Positions 1 to 8,093 of a stretch of DNA of 32,000 nt are shown here, one piece after another. The stretch is taken from positions 497,228-529,227 of the forward strand of contig NZ_FOKT01000002.1 in NCBI RefSeq assembly GCF_900112305.1, given 5' to 3'. The notes under the pieces were generated by a model. That model had not been told where the DNA came from. It saw only the letters and a list, made by a program, of their open reading frames with translations, and made no database searches. Source of the stretch: Microbulbifer thermotolerans. GTDB taxonomy: Bacteria; Pseudomonadota; Gammaproteobacteria; Pseudomonadales; Cellvibrionaceae. The position numbers were made by a program, and so were the translations under genes. Positions within the stretch are counted from its first letter, which is position 1. Every line of letters begins with the position of its first letter.

Positions 1-445
1 CCTGCACAATCAGTGCCGGGCACTCGAGCCGCTGCAGATGCTCAGTGCGCAATCTTTCCGGCTTGCCCCGCGGGTGGAAGGGATAACCCAAGCAAATCAA
101 ACCGGCCACATCGCCACTGTCTGAATATTCCTGTGCCAACAAGCTGGCCACTCTTCCTCCCATGGATTTACCGCCGATAAAGAGCGGCAACGGGCTGCTC
201 GCGGACGCTATCTGTGCGCGATAGCAGTCCAGCAATACCGGCATCGGGTTCGGTGGACGCTTTCCGCCACCCGCGCGCCTCGCCGCTATATAGGGAAACT
301 CAAAGCGGATCACTTCAATGTCACGGACACACAGGCCGGAGGCGATGGTCTGCATAAAATCGCTGTCCATGGGCGCACCGGCGCCATGGGCAAAGAGAAA
401 GCGGGCCCGCGGCCGGGACGGGCGGTCAATCAGCAGGTCAGACAT
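1..445 (-). CDS. alpha/beta-fold hydrolase (KANL3/Tex30-like, dienelactone-hydrolase type); N-terminal part only, gene runs off the left edge
   Basis: Not in the ORF track because it is truncated. My own translation from the ATG at 445-443 gives [31 protein letters not shown]...[19 protein letters not shown]...GYPFHP. It has an HG motif and a G-x-S-x-G nucleophile elbow (GKSMG). Its start overlaps the stop of the yheU-like gene by 8 nt. Confidence 0.6.
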   Translation of the reverse strand, partial: MSDLLIDRPSRPRARFLFAHGAGAPMDSDFMQTIASGLCVRDIEVIRFEFPYIAARRAGGGKRPPNPMPVLLDCYRAQIASASSPLPLFIGGKSMGGRVASLLAQEYSDSGDVAGLICLGYPFHPRGKPERLRTEHLQRLECPALIVQ

Positions 446-662
446 AGCCTTCCACATCCCGCGCCAACACCAGATTGACCGATTCTTCTCCGGGCTCGAA
501 CCAGATTACCACCTCGCCGGATTGCAATTGCCGGCGTAAATTCGCCACCTTATCACTCAGGCTTAACTCCCGCTCACCGTAGTCGGTGCCTTCGCGGGTC
601 ACATACTCCTCCAGGAGATTCTGCAGCGTATCTGGATCGAGTTGTTGAAAGGGAATAATCAT
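438..662 (-). CDS. yheU: YheU family protein (UPF0270)
   Basis: The 74-aa ORF ([51 protein letters not shown]) aligns by eye along its whole length with E. coli YheU. It is followed by a hydrolase gene, as in enteric yheU-yheT. Confidence 0.8.
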   Translation of the reverse strand: MIIPFQQLDPDTLQNLLEEYVTREGTDYGERELSLSDKVANLRRQLQSGEVVIWFEPGEESVNLVLARDVEGYV

Positions 663-774
663 AAAATTGAAGGGAAATAAATTCAGGAGAAGCGGTGGCC
701 GCGACTTGGGAGCGCCTGACGCGTTCGCTCTCGCCCCCAGGCAAAGCCCAACTCAGTCGCGGCCGTCGCCCCGC

Positions 775-1581
775 TTACATTTTCGGCTTGCGGAAGCGCA
801 AGGTCATACGATCACTCTCGCCGATCGCAAGATATTTATCCTTGTCCTTGTCGCCGAGACGCAACGAGGGAGGCAGAGTCCAGACGCCTTTCGGGTGATC
901 GGCGGTATCTTTGGGGTTGGCGTTTACCTCGCTGGACGCTTCCAGCACAAAACCCGCTTTTTCCGCCAGATCGATCACGTAAGCCTGGGTGACATAACCG
1001 CTCTCGATCATGCGCTCTCGGGAAGTGCCCGGCTTGGCCCGGTGCTCAACCACGCCGAGTATGCCGCCGGGTTTCAGCGCGGCAAAAAACTGATTAAACG
1101 CTTTCTGATCGTTGTCACTGCGCATCCAGTTATGCACATTGCGGAATGTCAGCACCGCATCGGCACTGCCCGCGGGCGCAATTTCTTTAGCGGAAGCCGG
1201 GTCAAACTCGGTCAAAATCACCTTGCCGTAGTTGTCCTTGTCCGCGGCCAACTTTTCCTTAAAGGCAGCGAGAGAGCGCTGGTAGTAACCGACATCGCTA
1301 TCTTGCGGAAAATGGGCTGCGTAGAAGGTCCCCTTGTCCTTCAGATACGGCGCGAGAATTTCGGTGTACCAGCCACCACCGGGGGAAATCTCCACCACCG
1401 TCATATGCGGCGCTATGCCGAAGAACGCCAAGGTCTCCGCCGGATGGCGGTATTTGTCGCGCGCTACATAGGCTTCCGTGCGGTGTTTACCTGCGATCAC
1501 CGGCTCGAGGTCGTTCGCCTGAGCCGCACCAGCAAAAGCCGCGGAACAAAGCACCGCGGCCAGAATTTGCTTGATATTCAT
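775..1581 (-). CDS. secreted/periplasmic class I SAM-dependent methyltransferase-like protein
   Basis: 268-aa ORF with an N-terminal signal peptide (MNIKQILAAVLCSAAFAGAAQA). It carries a methyltransferase motif I-like VVEISPGGGWY and a later ALKPGGILGVVEH block. Its ATG overlaps the upstream gene's stop (ATGA, 1578-1581). Confidence 0.65.
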   Translation of the reverse strand: MNIKQILAAVLCSAAFAGAAQANDLEPVIAGKHRTEAYVARDKYRHPAETLAFFGIAPHMTVVEISPGGGWYTEILAPYLKDKGTFYAAHFPQDSDVGYYQRSLAAFKEKLAADKDNYGKVILTEFDPASAKEIAPAGSADAVLTFRNVHNWMRSDNDQKAFNQFFAALKPGGILGVVEHRAKPGTSRERMIESGYVTQAYVIDLAEKAGFVLEASSEVNANPKDTADHPKGVWTLPPSLRLGDKDKDKYLAIGESDRMTLRFRKPKM

Positions 1582-1901
1582 ACTGTCTCCTGTTTGTTAT
1601 TACCGTTTAATTTCCTCTGAACACTGTCGATTTTATCCTGCAAAGACTGCTGGCGGTCAGTACGAGTTCCCAGTTTCAGGCTGGTACTGATGCGCGGCGC
1701 ACCCATGGCGTGCACACGTTCGTGGCAGCGCTTTACCGCTGCCATTACCCTGTCCCAGTCCCCCTCGATATTGGTACCATATGCGTGCAACCGGTACTCC
1801 AGCCCGGCCTCATCCAACACCCGCTGGCACTCGGCGATGTAGGTGCCGACGGACACCCCGACCCCCAGGGGGATAAGACACAAATCTGCGTGTACTTTCA
1901 T
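1578..1901 (-). CDS. MTH1187/YkoF-family (UPF0045) thiamine-binding-like protein
   Basis: I chose the internal ATG at 1901-1899 (MKVHADLCLIPLGVGVSVGTYIAECQRVLDEAGLEYRLHAYGTNIEGDWDRVM...). The pattern and the roughly 107-aa length are typical of the family. The 27-codon upstream extension in the ORF track has no support. Confidence 0.7.
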   Translation of the reverse strand: MKVHADLCLIPLGVGVSVGTYIAECQRVLDEAGLEYRLHAYGTNIEGDWDRVMAAVKRCHERVHAMGAPRISTSLKLGTRTDRQQSLQDKIDSVQRKLNGNNKQETV

Positions 1902-1993
1902 CGACAAAATCTCCCAAAGTGAAACGACCAGCTCGCGGGCGTTATCAAATACAATGCAGTGTAACCGCCCCCTAGACAGCAAAGGAACAGGCT

Positions 1994-2524
1994 ATGCAAC
2001 AGCACCTCGTTATCTCCCTGATCAGTGACGACAAACCCGGCGTGGTGGAAAAATTATCCGCCGCGATCGCGGACAATCGCGGCAACTGGGAAGACAGCCG
2101 CATGGCACACCTGGCCGGAAAGTTCGCTGGCATACTGCGCGTCAGCGTGCCCAGCGAAGCCAGTCAGGGGTTGAAGGACGCGCTCGCGGCTCTCGCCGAC
2201 GAGGGCTTCAAATTACAGATCGAAGAGGCCCTTGCCGTAGCCGCAGGCCCGCAGCAAACACTGAGACTAAAACTGGTCGGCAACGATCGCCCGGGTATCG
2301 TACACGAAATCGCCCGCGCCCTCGCCGCGCGCCGGATCAATATGGAACAGCTGGAAACCGGTTACGGCAGCACCCCGTGGAGCGGAGAACCACTGTTCAC
2401 CGCCGAATGTATGATCAGCGTGGCGGGCGACATGGATCTCGAGGGGCTCCGCGACGAGCTGGACGAGATCGCCGACGAATTAGGAGTCGATATCGACTGC
2501 GAAGAAGTGCCCACCGCGGTATAA
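1994..2524 (+). CDS. gcvR: GcvR-like tandem ACT-domain protein (glycine cleavage system regulator family)
   Basis: 176 aa with two ACT-like repeats (VISLISDDKPGVVEKLSAAIADNRGNW and LKLVGNDRPGIVHEIARALAARRINM). An AAAGGAA ribosome-binding site lies upstream of the ATG. Confidence 0.65.
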   Translation: MQQHLVISLISDDKPGVVEKLSAAIADNRGNWEDSRMAHLAGKFAGILRVSVPSEASQGLKDALAALADEGFKLQIEEALAVAAGPQQTLRLKLVGNDRPGIVHEIARALAARRINMEQLETGYGSTPWSGEPLFTAECMISVAGDMDLEGLRDELDEIADELGVDIDCEEVPTAV

Positions 2525-2632
2525 TCCGCCCCCACTTTCTGCGGGAGCCCGCCCCGAAACAGATACCCGCGCGCAATCAACCGGCTCGCGGTGGGGGGCT
2601 CGCGCAGCAACTCAGTGGTACGCCATCGGCCA

Positions 2633-3103
2633 ATGTTCAAGATCGTCCTCTACCAACCGGAAATCGCCCCCAACACCGGCAACATCATCCGCCTCTGCGC
2701 CAATACCGGTGCCGAGCTGCACCTGATTGAACCACTCGGATTTGCGATGGACGACAAGCGCCTGCGCCGCGCGGGTCTGGACTACGGCGAATACAGCCGC
2801 GTGCGGCGCCACCGCGACTGGGCGGCATTCGCCGAGGCGGAGCGGCCGACACGCATCCTCGCGCTCTCCACCAAGGGCAGGCGCAGACATACGGATATCG
2901 ACTACCGCCCCGGCGACGCCATCGTTTTCGGACCGGAGACCCGCGGTCTGCCGGCAGACTTTCTCCAACAAGTGGGCTCCGCGCACACGCTGCGCATCCC
3001 AATGCGGCCAGAGAGCCGCAGCATGAATCTCTCCAACGCCGCTGCGGTGGTGATTTACGAGGCCTGGCGCCAGCTGGACTATGCCGGCGCCGCAACGCAA
3101 TAG
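2633..3103 (+). CDS. trmL: tRNA (cytidine/uridine-34 2'-O)-methyltransferase TrmL (SpoU/TrmH class)
   Basis: Starting from the ATG at 2633, the product is [49 protein letters not shown]...[19 protein letters not shown]. Length (156 aa) and motifs are typical of YibK/TrmL. Confidence 0.85.
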   Translation: MFKIVLYQPEIAPNTGNIIRLCANTGAELHLIEPLGFAMDDKRLRRAGLDYGEYSRVRRHRDWAAFAEAERPTRILALSTKGRRRHTDIDYRPGDAIVFGPETRGLPADFLQQVGSAHTLRIPMRPESRSMNLSNAAAVVIYEAWRQLDYAGAATQ

Positions 3104-3114
3104 TTTTACCGGAT

Positions 3115-3648
3115 ATGCAAACACCTCTTGCCCCCATTGGGCTTTTTTACGGTTCCAGCACCTGTTACACGGAAATGGCCGCGGAGAAAATCCGCGACCG
3201 GATCGGCGCCGAGTGGATAGACCTGCACAATGTCGCCGACAGCGATATCGCCCTGGCCGAGCAATACGACTTTCTCATCTTCGGTATCCCCACCTGGGAC
3301 TACGGCGAATTGCAGGAAGACTGGGAAAACGTGTGGGACGAGTTGGCCCAGCTGGATCTGTCTGGAAAAACCGTGGCCCTTTATGGACTCGGCGATCAGG
3401 CCGGTTACCCGCAGTGGTTTCAGGACGCCCTCGGCTACCTGCACGCCCAAGTGCGCGCCTGCGGCGCCCGCACCGTAGGACACTGGCCCGCGGAAGGCTA
3501 TACATTTGAAGCCTCTAAGGGGCTGACAGAAGACGGCACACACTTTGTCGGCCTGGCCCTGGATGAGGAAAGCGAATTCGAAAAGAGTGACGCACGCCTC
3601 GACCAATGGTGCACCCAGATAATGCGCGAGTTCGGCTTGCAATCCTGA
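3115..3648 (+). CDS. fldB: long-chain flavodoxin FldB
   Basis: The blocks [20 protein letters not shown]...[18 protein letters not shown]...[20 protein letters not shown]...FVGLALDE are collinear with E. coli FldB. Confidence 0.9.
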   Translation: MQTPLAPIGLFYGSSTCYTEMAAEKIRDRIGAEWIDLHNVADSDIALAEQYDFLIFGIPTWDYGELQEDWENVWDELAQLDLSGKTVALYGLGDQAGYPQWFQDALGYLHAQVRACGARTVGHWPAEGYTFEASKGLTEDGTHFVGLALDEESEFEKSDARLDQWCTQIMREFGLQS

Positions 3649-3663
3649 GGGGACACAATAGCA

Positions 3664-5691
3664 ATGCGCGAAGAATCCCCCTACGCAGACATCCTTTGGC
3701 GCGACGACGCCCAGCCGTTATCGAGGGCCTTTGACGACATCTATTTCTCCACCAGCTCCGGCCTGGAAGAGAGCCGCTACGTCTTCCTGCAACAAAACGA
3801 CCTGCCCCAACGCTGGGCGACTCTGAAACCGAGCGACACCTTTACTATCGGCGAAACCGGCTTCGGTACCGGCCTCAATTTCCTCACCGCCTGGGAGCTG
3901 TGGCGGCAACGGGCGCCAGCCGGCGCGCGCCTGCATTTTATCTCGGTGGAGAAATATCCCCTCCACCCCAGCGATCTGCGCCGCGCCCTGGACTTGTGGC
4001 CCCAGCTGCAGCCGCTGGCGGAACAGTTGATACGAGAATATCCGCCACTGCTGGCCAAGGGTGTACACCGGCTGCACTTAGAGCAGGCCACCCTTACCCT
4101 CGTTGTCGGCGAAGCCAGCGAAGCCTTCCACAACCTTCGCCTGGAAGACGACAGCCGCGACCAGTTAGTGGATGCCTGGTTCCTGGACGGTTTTGCCCCG
4201 GCGAAAAATCCCGCCATGTGGACCTCGGAGCTGTTCGAAAATCTCGCCGCACTCAGCAGACCCGGCGCCACCTTTGCAACTTTCACCTGTGCGGGGCTGG
4301 TAAAACGAGGCCTCAAGGCAGCCGGTTTCACAATACAAAAAGTGCCCGGATTCGGTCGGAAACGGGAAATGTTGCGCGGCCGGCTGGAAGCGCGAAAGCC
4401 GAGCCAAATCACCGCCACCCCCTGGCACCTGCCGGGTGGAAATCCCGAAATAAAGATCCGCAAAGTAGCCGTGGTGGGTGCGGGCATCTCCGGCGCCACC
4501 ACTGCCCGCACCCTGGCCGAACGCGGGATCGAGGTTCACGTCTTCGACCAGGCCCCGACACCGGGTGCCGGGGCATCCGGCAATGCGCAAGGCGTCCTGT
4601 ACGCGAAGCTTTCCCCCAAGCCCGGCCCTAACGGGGACTTCAACCTGCACGCACTGATGTATGCGCTCCGCTACTACCAGCGGCACTGCCCTGAATCCGT
4701 GCATTTCTCCGGGCTGCTGCAACTGGCACAGACGGACAAAGAACGCCAGCTGCAGGCACAGATCGGCCAGTGGCTGGCACCGTACCGGGGCAAATCACTG
4801 GCAACAGAAGTAACACCGGCACAGGCAAGTGAGATCGCGGGGCTTCCACTGGCGTTTGGCGGGCTCTACTTTCCCCAGGCGGGATGGCTGGAGCCGCAAA
4901 AGGTCTGCGAGGCACTGCTGCGGCACCGCAATATCCACCTGCACTACACGCGCAAAATCGACCAGCTCACTGCGACGGATTGCGGCTGGCAACTCACAAG
5001 TGCGGAAACCGGGTTGCAAGAGGAGACGGCGAAAGAAAGCGTATTGACTGCGGACGCAGTGGTAATCTGTACCGCCAACGGCATACGTCATTTCCTGCAA
5101 ACCGCCGCCCTGCCCCTGCGCCCCATCCGAGGCCAGGTGTCCAGCGCCCCCGCCGACGATTTGTCGCGACAACTGAAAATCACCCTCTGCGGCGAAGGCT
5201 ATATCGCCCCGGCTCACAACGGGCGCCACTGCTTCGGCGCCACCTTTAAATTGAAAGAAACTGCGACGGACTTGCGCGCGGAGGAACACCGGGAAAATCT
5301 GCATACCCTGGCGGAAATGCTGCCCCCGATAGCCGACGCATTTTCCACCCAATCGATCAGTGGGCGAGCGGCTTTGCGTGCGGCAACGCCCGACTACCTG
5401 CCGATTGCAGGCCCTATTCCAATTTGGGATTCGTTAGAAGAAACCTACGCGGAACTGCGAAAAAACCGCAAACGCCTAATTCCGCAAAAAGCGCCTTACC
5501 AGCCGCACCTGTATGCGCTTGGCGGTCTGGGCTCGCGCGGCTTCGCCTATGCGCCCCTGGCAGCGGAGGTCATCGCCGCTTGGTTGTGCGGCGAAGCCAT
5601 GCCGGTTTGCAACACTTTGGCAAAAGCGCTGCACCCGGCCCGTTTCGCGGTCAGGGATCTCGGTAAAAACCGCAAGGGAGTGGCATCCTAG
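3664..5691 (+). CDS. mnmC: bifunctional tRNA mnm5s2U34 synthesis enzyme MnmC (methyltransferase + FAD oxidoreductase)
   Basis: 675 aa. The N-terminal part matches the MnmC methyltransferase domain (DDIYFS...FTIGETGFGTGLNF...WFLDGFAPAKNP.MW). The C-terminal part is a DAO-type domain with the dinucleotide fold VAVVGAGISGATTARTLAERG. Confidence 0.9.
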   Translation: MREESPYADILWRDDAQPLSRAFDDIYFSTSSGLEESRYVFLQQNDLPQRWATLKPSDTFTIGETGFGTGLNFLTAWELWRQRAPAGARLHFISVEKYPLHPSDLRRALDLWPQLQPLAEQLIREYPPLLAKGVHRLHLEQATLTLVVGEASEAFHNLRLEDDSRDQLVDAWFLDGFAPAKNPAMWTSELFENLAALSRPGATFATFTCAGLVKRGLKAAGFTIQKVPGFGRKREMLRGRLEARKPSQITATPWHLPGGNPEIKIRKVAVVGAGISGATTARTLAERGIEVHVFDQAPTPGAGASGNAQGVLYAKLSPKPGPNGDFNLHALMYALRYYQRHCPESVHFSGLLQLAQTDKERQLQAQIGQWLAPYRGKSLATEVTPAQASEIAGLPLAFGGLYFPQAGWLEPQKVCEALLRHRNIHLHYTRKIDQLTATDCGWQLTSAETGLQEETAKESVLTADAVVICTANGIRHFLQTAALPLRPIRGQVSSAPADDLSRQLKITLCGEGYIAPAHNGRHCFGATFKLKETATDLRAEEHRENLHTLAEMLPPIADAFSTQSISGRAALRAATPDYLPIAGPIPIWDSLEETYAELRKNRKRLIPQKAPYQPHLYALGGLGSRGFAYAPLAAEVIAAWLCGEAMPVCNTLAKALHPARFAVRDLGKNRKGVAS

Positions 5692-5715
5692 CGGGGTGGA
5701 ATCAGAAACCTTTAG

Positions 5716-5928
5716 GGAACCTCTGATTAATTCGCTTCCTGACGGTAAAAATTCTTTGGAGCTAGATGAGAAGCTCAGGTGATAGGATGGCCATTTCGAA
5801 ACCGTCGGATACAAGGATGTATCCGTCGGAGCTACAGGGAAGTACTCGTGCGTTTTCGAAATGGCCATCCTATTGCCTGAGCGCCACGGAACTAACCAAA
5901 GCGTTCGCGCGAATTAATCAGAGGTTCC
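5716..5928. mobile_element. MITE-like palindromic element, copy 1 (intact, 213 bp)
   Basis: The terminal inverted repeats are GGAACCTCTGATTAATTCGC (5716-) and GCGAATTAATCAGAGGTTCC (-5928), a perfect 20-bp match. TTAG flanks both ends (5712-5715 and 5929-5932). The interior is a long imperfect hairpin with a central GGATAC..GTATCC stem. Confidence 0.8.
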
Positions 5929-6012
5929 TTAGGGAATCCATGTCAGCCGAGTATTAGAAGCCGCGCTTGCACACATCTGCAGCTGCATACACGCGAATGA
6001 GCCGCCATTTCC

Positions 6013-6633
6013 CTAGATCCGCTCCTTTGGCGCCAACAGGCTGCCGCTTCCAGCTCCGCAGGCGACAATGGACTTCATGGCCGCTTCCACCGTGACCTCG
6101 GGCAAAATCTCCACGCACCCCGCCGGCACATGGTATACAAGCCCGGAAGTGGGCACCGGCGCTGTGGGCACGTAAACGGTGTAATCACCGTTGGGATGGC
6201 GGGAGGTGACGATCGCCGTCACCGACAGCGGGTGGTCCGGGCCGTGAATCCGCACCCTGGCAACTGGTCCCGACAGCACGCCCTCCCCGGCTCCGCCGCC
6301 AATAAACTGCAGCACCAGTTCCTTAATGGTGTTGTAACCGGGCGCCAACCGGCCGAGCCAGTGGTCCAAGTGCCGATGCAACCAGCGCCCCACACTGGTC
6401 TTGACCAAAAGGCCGATCACAAAGCACCCGCCCAACATCAGCACTATCACCGCCAGTTTGGCGAGGGTATCCTTGAAATCTGTGTGCGCCTCCAGCCAGG
6501 CGACAGCGGGCGCCACCAGCTCGCTGATCTGGCCGAACAACCATTGAAACAGCAAAATAAAGATGGCGATGGGCAACACCACCGCCAGCCCCCCGAGAAG
6601 GGTCAACGTCACAAAGGTTTTTACTCTGGTCAT
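6013..6633 (-). CDS. DUF502-domain inner-membrane protein
   Basis: 206 aa with two N-terminal transmembrane segments (LTLLGGLAVVLPIAIFILLF and LAVIVLMLGGCFVIGLLV). These are followed by a conserved PGY..IKE...V...P.P.SG block characteristic of DUF502. Confidence 0.75.
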   Translation of the reverse strand: MTRVKTFVTLTLLGGLAVVLPIAIFILLFQWLFGQISELVAPAVAWLEAHTDFKDTLAKLAVIVLMLGGCFVIGLLVKTSVGRWLHRHLDHWLGRLAPGYNTIKELVLQFIGGGAGEGVLSGPVARVRIHGPDHPLSVTAIVTSRHPNGDYTVYVPTAPVPTSGLVYHVPAGCVEILPEVTVEAAMKSIVACGAGSGSLLAPKERI

Positions 6634-6645
6634 AACTTTCTTCTA

Positions 6646-7449
6646 ATGCGTAAATTCACGATTCTGTTTCTGCTTCTGCTCTCTCCCCTCACACTGGCCG
6701 AAACGCCGCCAAGCGTCCCCTTCTCGGTCCTTGAAGAGCGCCAGCGCCCAGCCGATCACTTCACACAGGGGCTCTATTTCGACGGCCAGCGCTGGTGGGA
6801 GAGCAGCGGTCTCTACGGCCGATCCTGGCTGGCGGAGTATAGCGATCCCGGCGCCAGTCCCCTAAGGCGTAAATGGCTGGCGGAGAACCGCTTTGCCGAG
6901 GGATTGACGGTATTCGGCGACAGGCTATACCTGCTTACCTGGAAAGCGGGGGAAGTGCAAATTTACCGCGCCGCCGACCTGTCGCCTCTGGGCCTGCGCC
7001 GCTATGCTGGCGAAGGCTGGGGGCTCACCAGCGACGGCGAGCACCTGATTATGAGTAACGGCAGCGGCAAATTGACGTTCCGCGACCCGGAAACCTTTGC
7101 CGTGCTGCGCAGTGTGGAAGTGCACGGCGGTGGGGAAAAGTGGAAATGGTTAAACGAGCTGGAATACGCGAACGGGTTGATCTGGGCCAATATCTGGCAG
7201 GACAGTCGACTTATCGCCATAGACCCCAAAAGCGGAGAAGTGCGCGGACTGATCGACTTGAAACAATTGACGCCATCCCTGCATCACCCGGACGCAGTCG
7301 CCAACGGTATCGCCTGGGACCGGGTACGCAATGGCCTGTGGGTGACGGGGAAATACTGGCCGAAGCTCTACCTGATCCGGCCGCACGGACTGGGCTTTGC
7401 GCCGCGGTCAAAGTCAGCCCCAGCAAAATCAACAGCACCCGGCAACTAA
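6646..7449 (+). CDS. glutaminyl-peptide cyclotransferase (beta-propeller, plant/bacterial type), secreted
   Basis: Start set at the ATG at 6646 (MRKFTILFLLLLSPLTLAE, a signal peptide). Family blocks are FTQGLYFDG, FAEGLTVFGDRLYLLTWK, EGWGLTSDG, LNELEYANGLIWANIW and NGIAWD...LWVTGKYWP. The 172-codon upstream extension in the ORF track is antisense to the DUF502 gene. Confidence 0.8.
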   Translation: MRKFTILFLLLLSPLTLAETPPSVPFSVLEERQRPADHFTQGLYFDGQRWWESSGLYGRSWLAEYSDPGASPLRRKWLAENRFAEGLTVFGDRLYLLTWKAGEVQIYRAADLSPLGLRRYAGEGWGLTSDGEHLIMSNGSGKLTFRDPETFAVLRSVEVHGGGEKWKWLNELEYANGLIWANIWQDSRLIAIDPKSGEVRGLIDLKQLTPSLHHPDAVANGIAWDRVRNGLWVTGKYWPKLYLIRPHGLGFAPRSKSAPAKSTAPGN

Positions 7450-7492
7450 ACCCAGGCGCTATCCCGCGAGCCGTTGCGAAAAATAACGTGGA

Positions 7493-7930
7493 CTAAGGAT
7501 TGGGTCCGGCGCGGTGGTCGACCACCGTCAACAGTCCGCCGTCGCGTATCAAATCCAGCGCCTGGCCCACAATCCGCAAACGGTAACCGTGTCCACGGCT
7601 CTCCAGGCTTACGCCGTCAAAACCGTTGACACCATCGTAGAGCCGCATCTGCTCACCTTCATCACCGACCCACTGTACCTCCTTTACCTTGCGCATACCC
7701 GGCAGTTCCAGTGTCAGCGTATCCAAATGATCCGGCAGAGGCCGCAAGGTCACACGACCAATACCAGACGCCGTGGCAAGTGCAAACGCTAACTGATTCT
7801 CCGGCGCCGGGTGCCAGCCCAGATGAGTGTCGGCCAGCGCCGATTGCACCAAGGTATGAGGGGAAGTGGCGGAACATCCCGCAACGCCCACCCCCATCAT
7901 CACCAGCACCAAGATTACTGAAGCTCGCAT
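7493..7930 (-). CDS. hypothetical lipoprotein
   Basis: 145 aa with a signal peptide and lipobox (MRASVILVLVMMGVGVAGC). I recognise no family. Confidence 0.5.
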   Translation of the reverse strand: MRASVILVLVMMGVGVAGCSATSPHTLVQSALADTHLGWHPAPENQLAFALATASGIGRVTLRPLPDHLDTLTLELPGMRKVKEVQWVGDEGEQMRLYDGVNGFDGVSLESRGHGYRLRIVGQALDLIRDGGLLTVVDHRAGPNP

Positions 7931-8093
7931 CGCCTTATCCTTGTCTGTGCATGCGGTGCGGCGATTATAGACCTGAGAACTACGTCACAGAAACAAGTAG
8001 ATGACACAATCAAGGGGCGAATACCCTTCCAGCCTCCCTCACCTGTCCCACCGGTAGCGTCCCCGGCACCTGCACGCGCTATACTCCGCCGCC

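Noticed and set aside
667-1620. 317-aa plus-strand ORF, with a nested 67-aa ORF, opposite the methyltransferase gene.
   Set aside because: It is antisense to a gene with a signal peptide and SAM-methyltransferase motifs. The product is Arg-rich and motif-less. I saw the same shadow-ORF pattern at 2612-3137, 3106-3642, 3718-4722, 8231-8887, 10762-11532, 11840-12472, 13532-14526, 25353-26132 and 27002-27508.
1902-1993. Possible TPP riboswitch upstream of the YkoF-like thiamine-binding-family gene.
   Set aside because: The 92-bp divergent spacer contains none of the conserved CUGAGA or ACCUGAUCUGGAUAAUGCCAGCG-type blocks.
5766-5957. Apparently conserved small-protein family. The 63-, 74- and 90-aa ORFs at 5766, 13058 and 15131 share YPSELQGSTRAFSK...RINQRF.
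   Set aside because: The similarity is simply the repeated MITE DNA read in one frame. The ORFs begin and end at different points and run out into unrelated flanking sequence. They lack ribosome-binding sites, and the diverged copies 4 and 5 do not keep the frame.
6130-6645. Long N-terminal extension of the glutaminyl cyclase ORF (439 aa in the ORF track).
   Set aside because: The extension is antisense to the DUF502 gene and low-complexity. The internal ATG at 6646 gives a canonical signal peptide and the expected family length.
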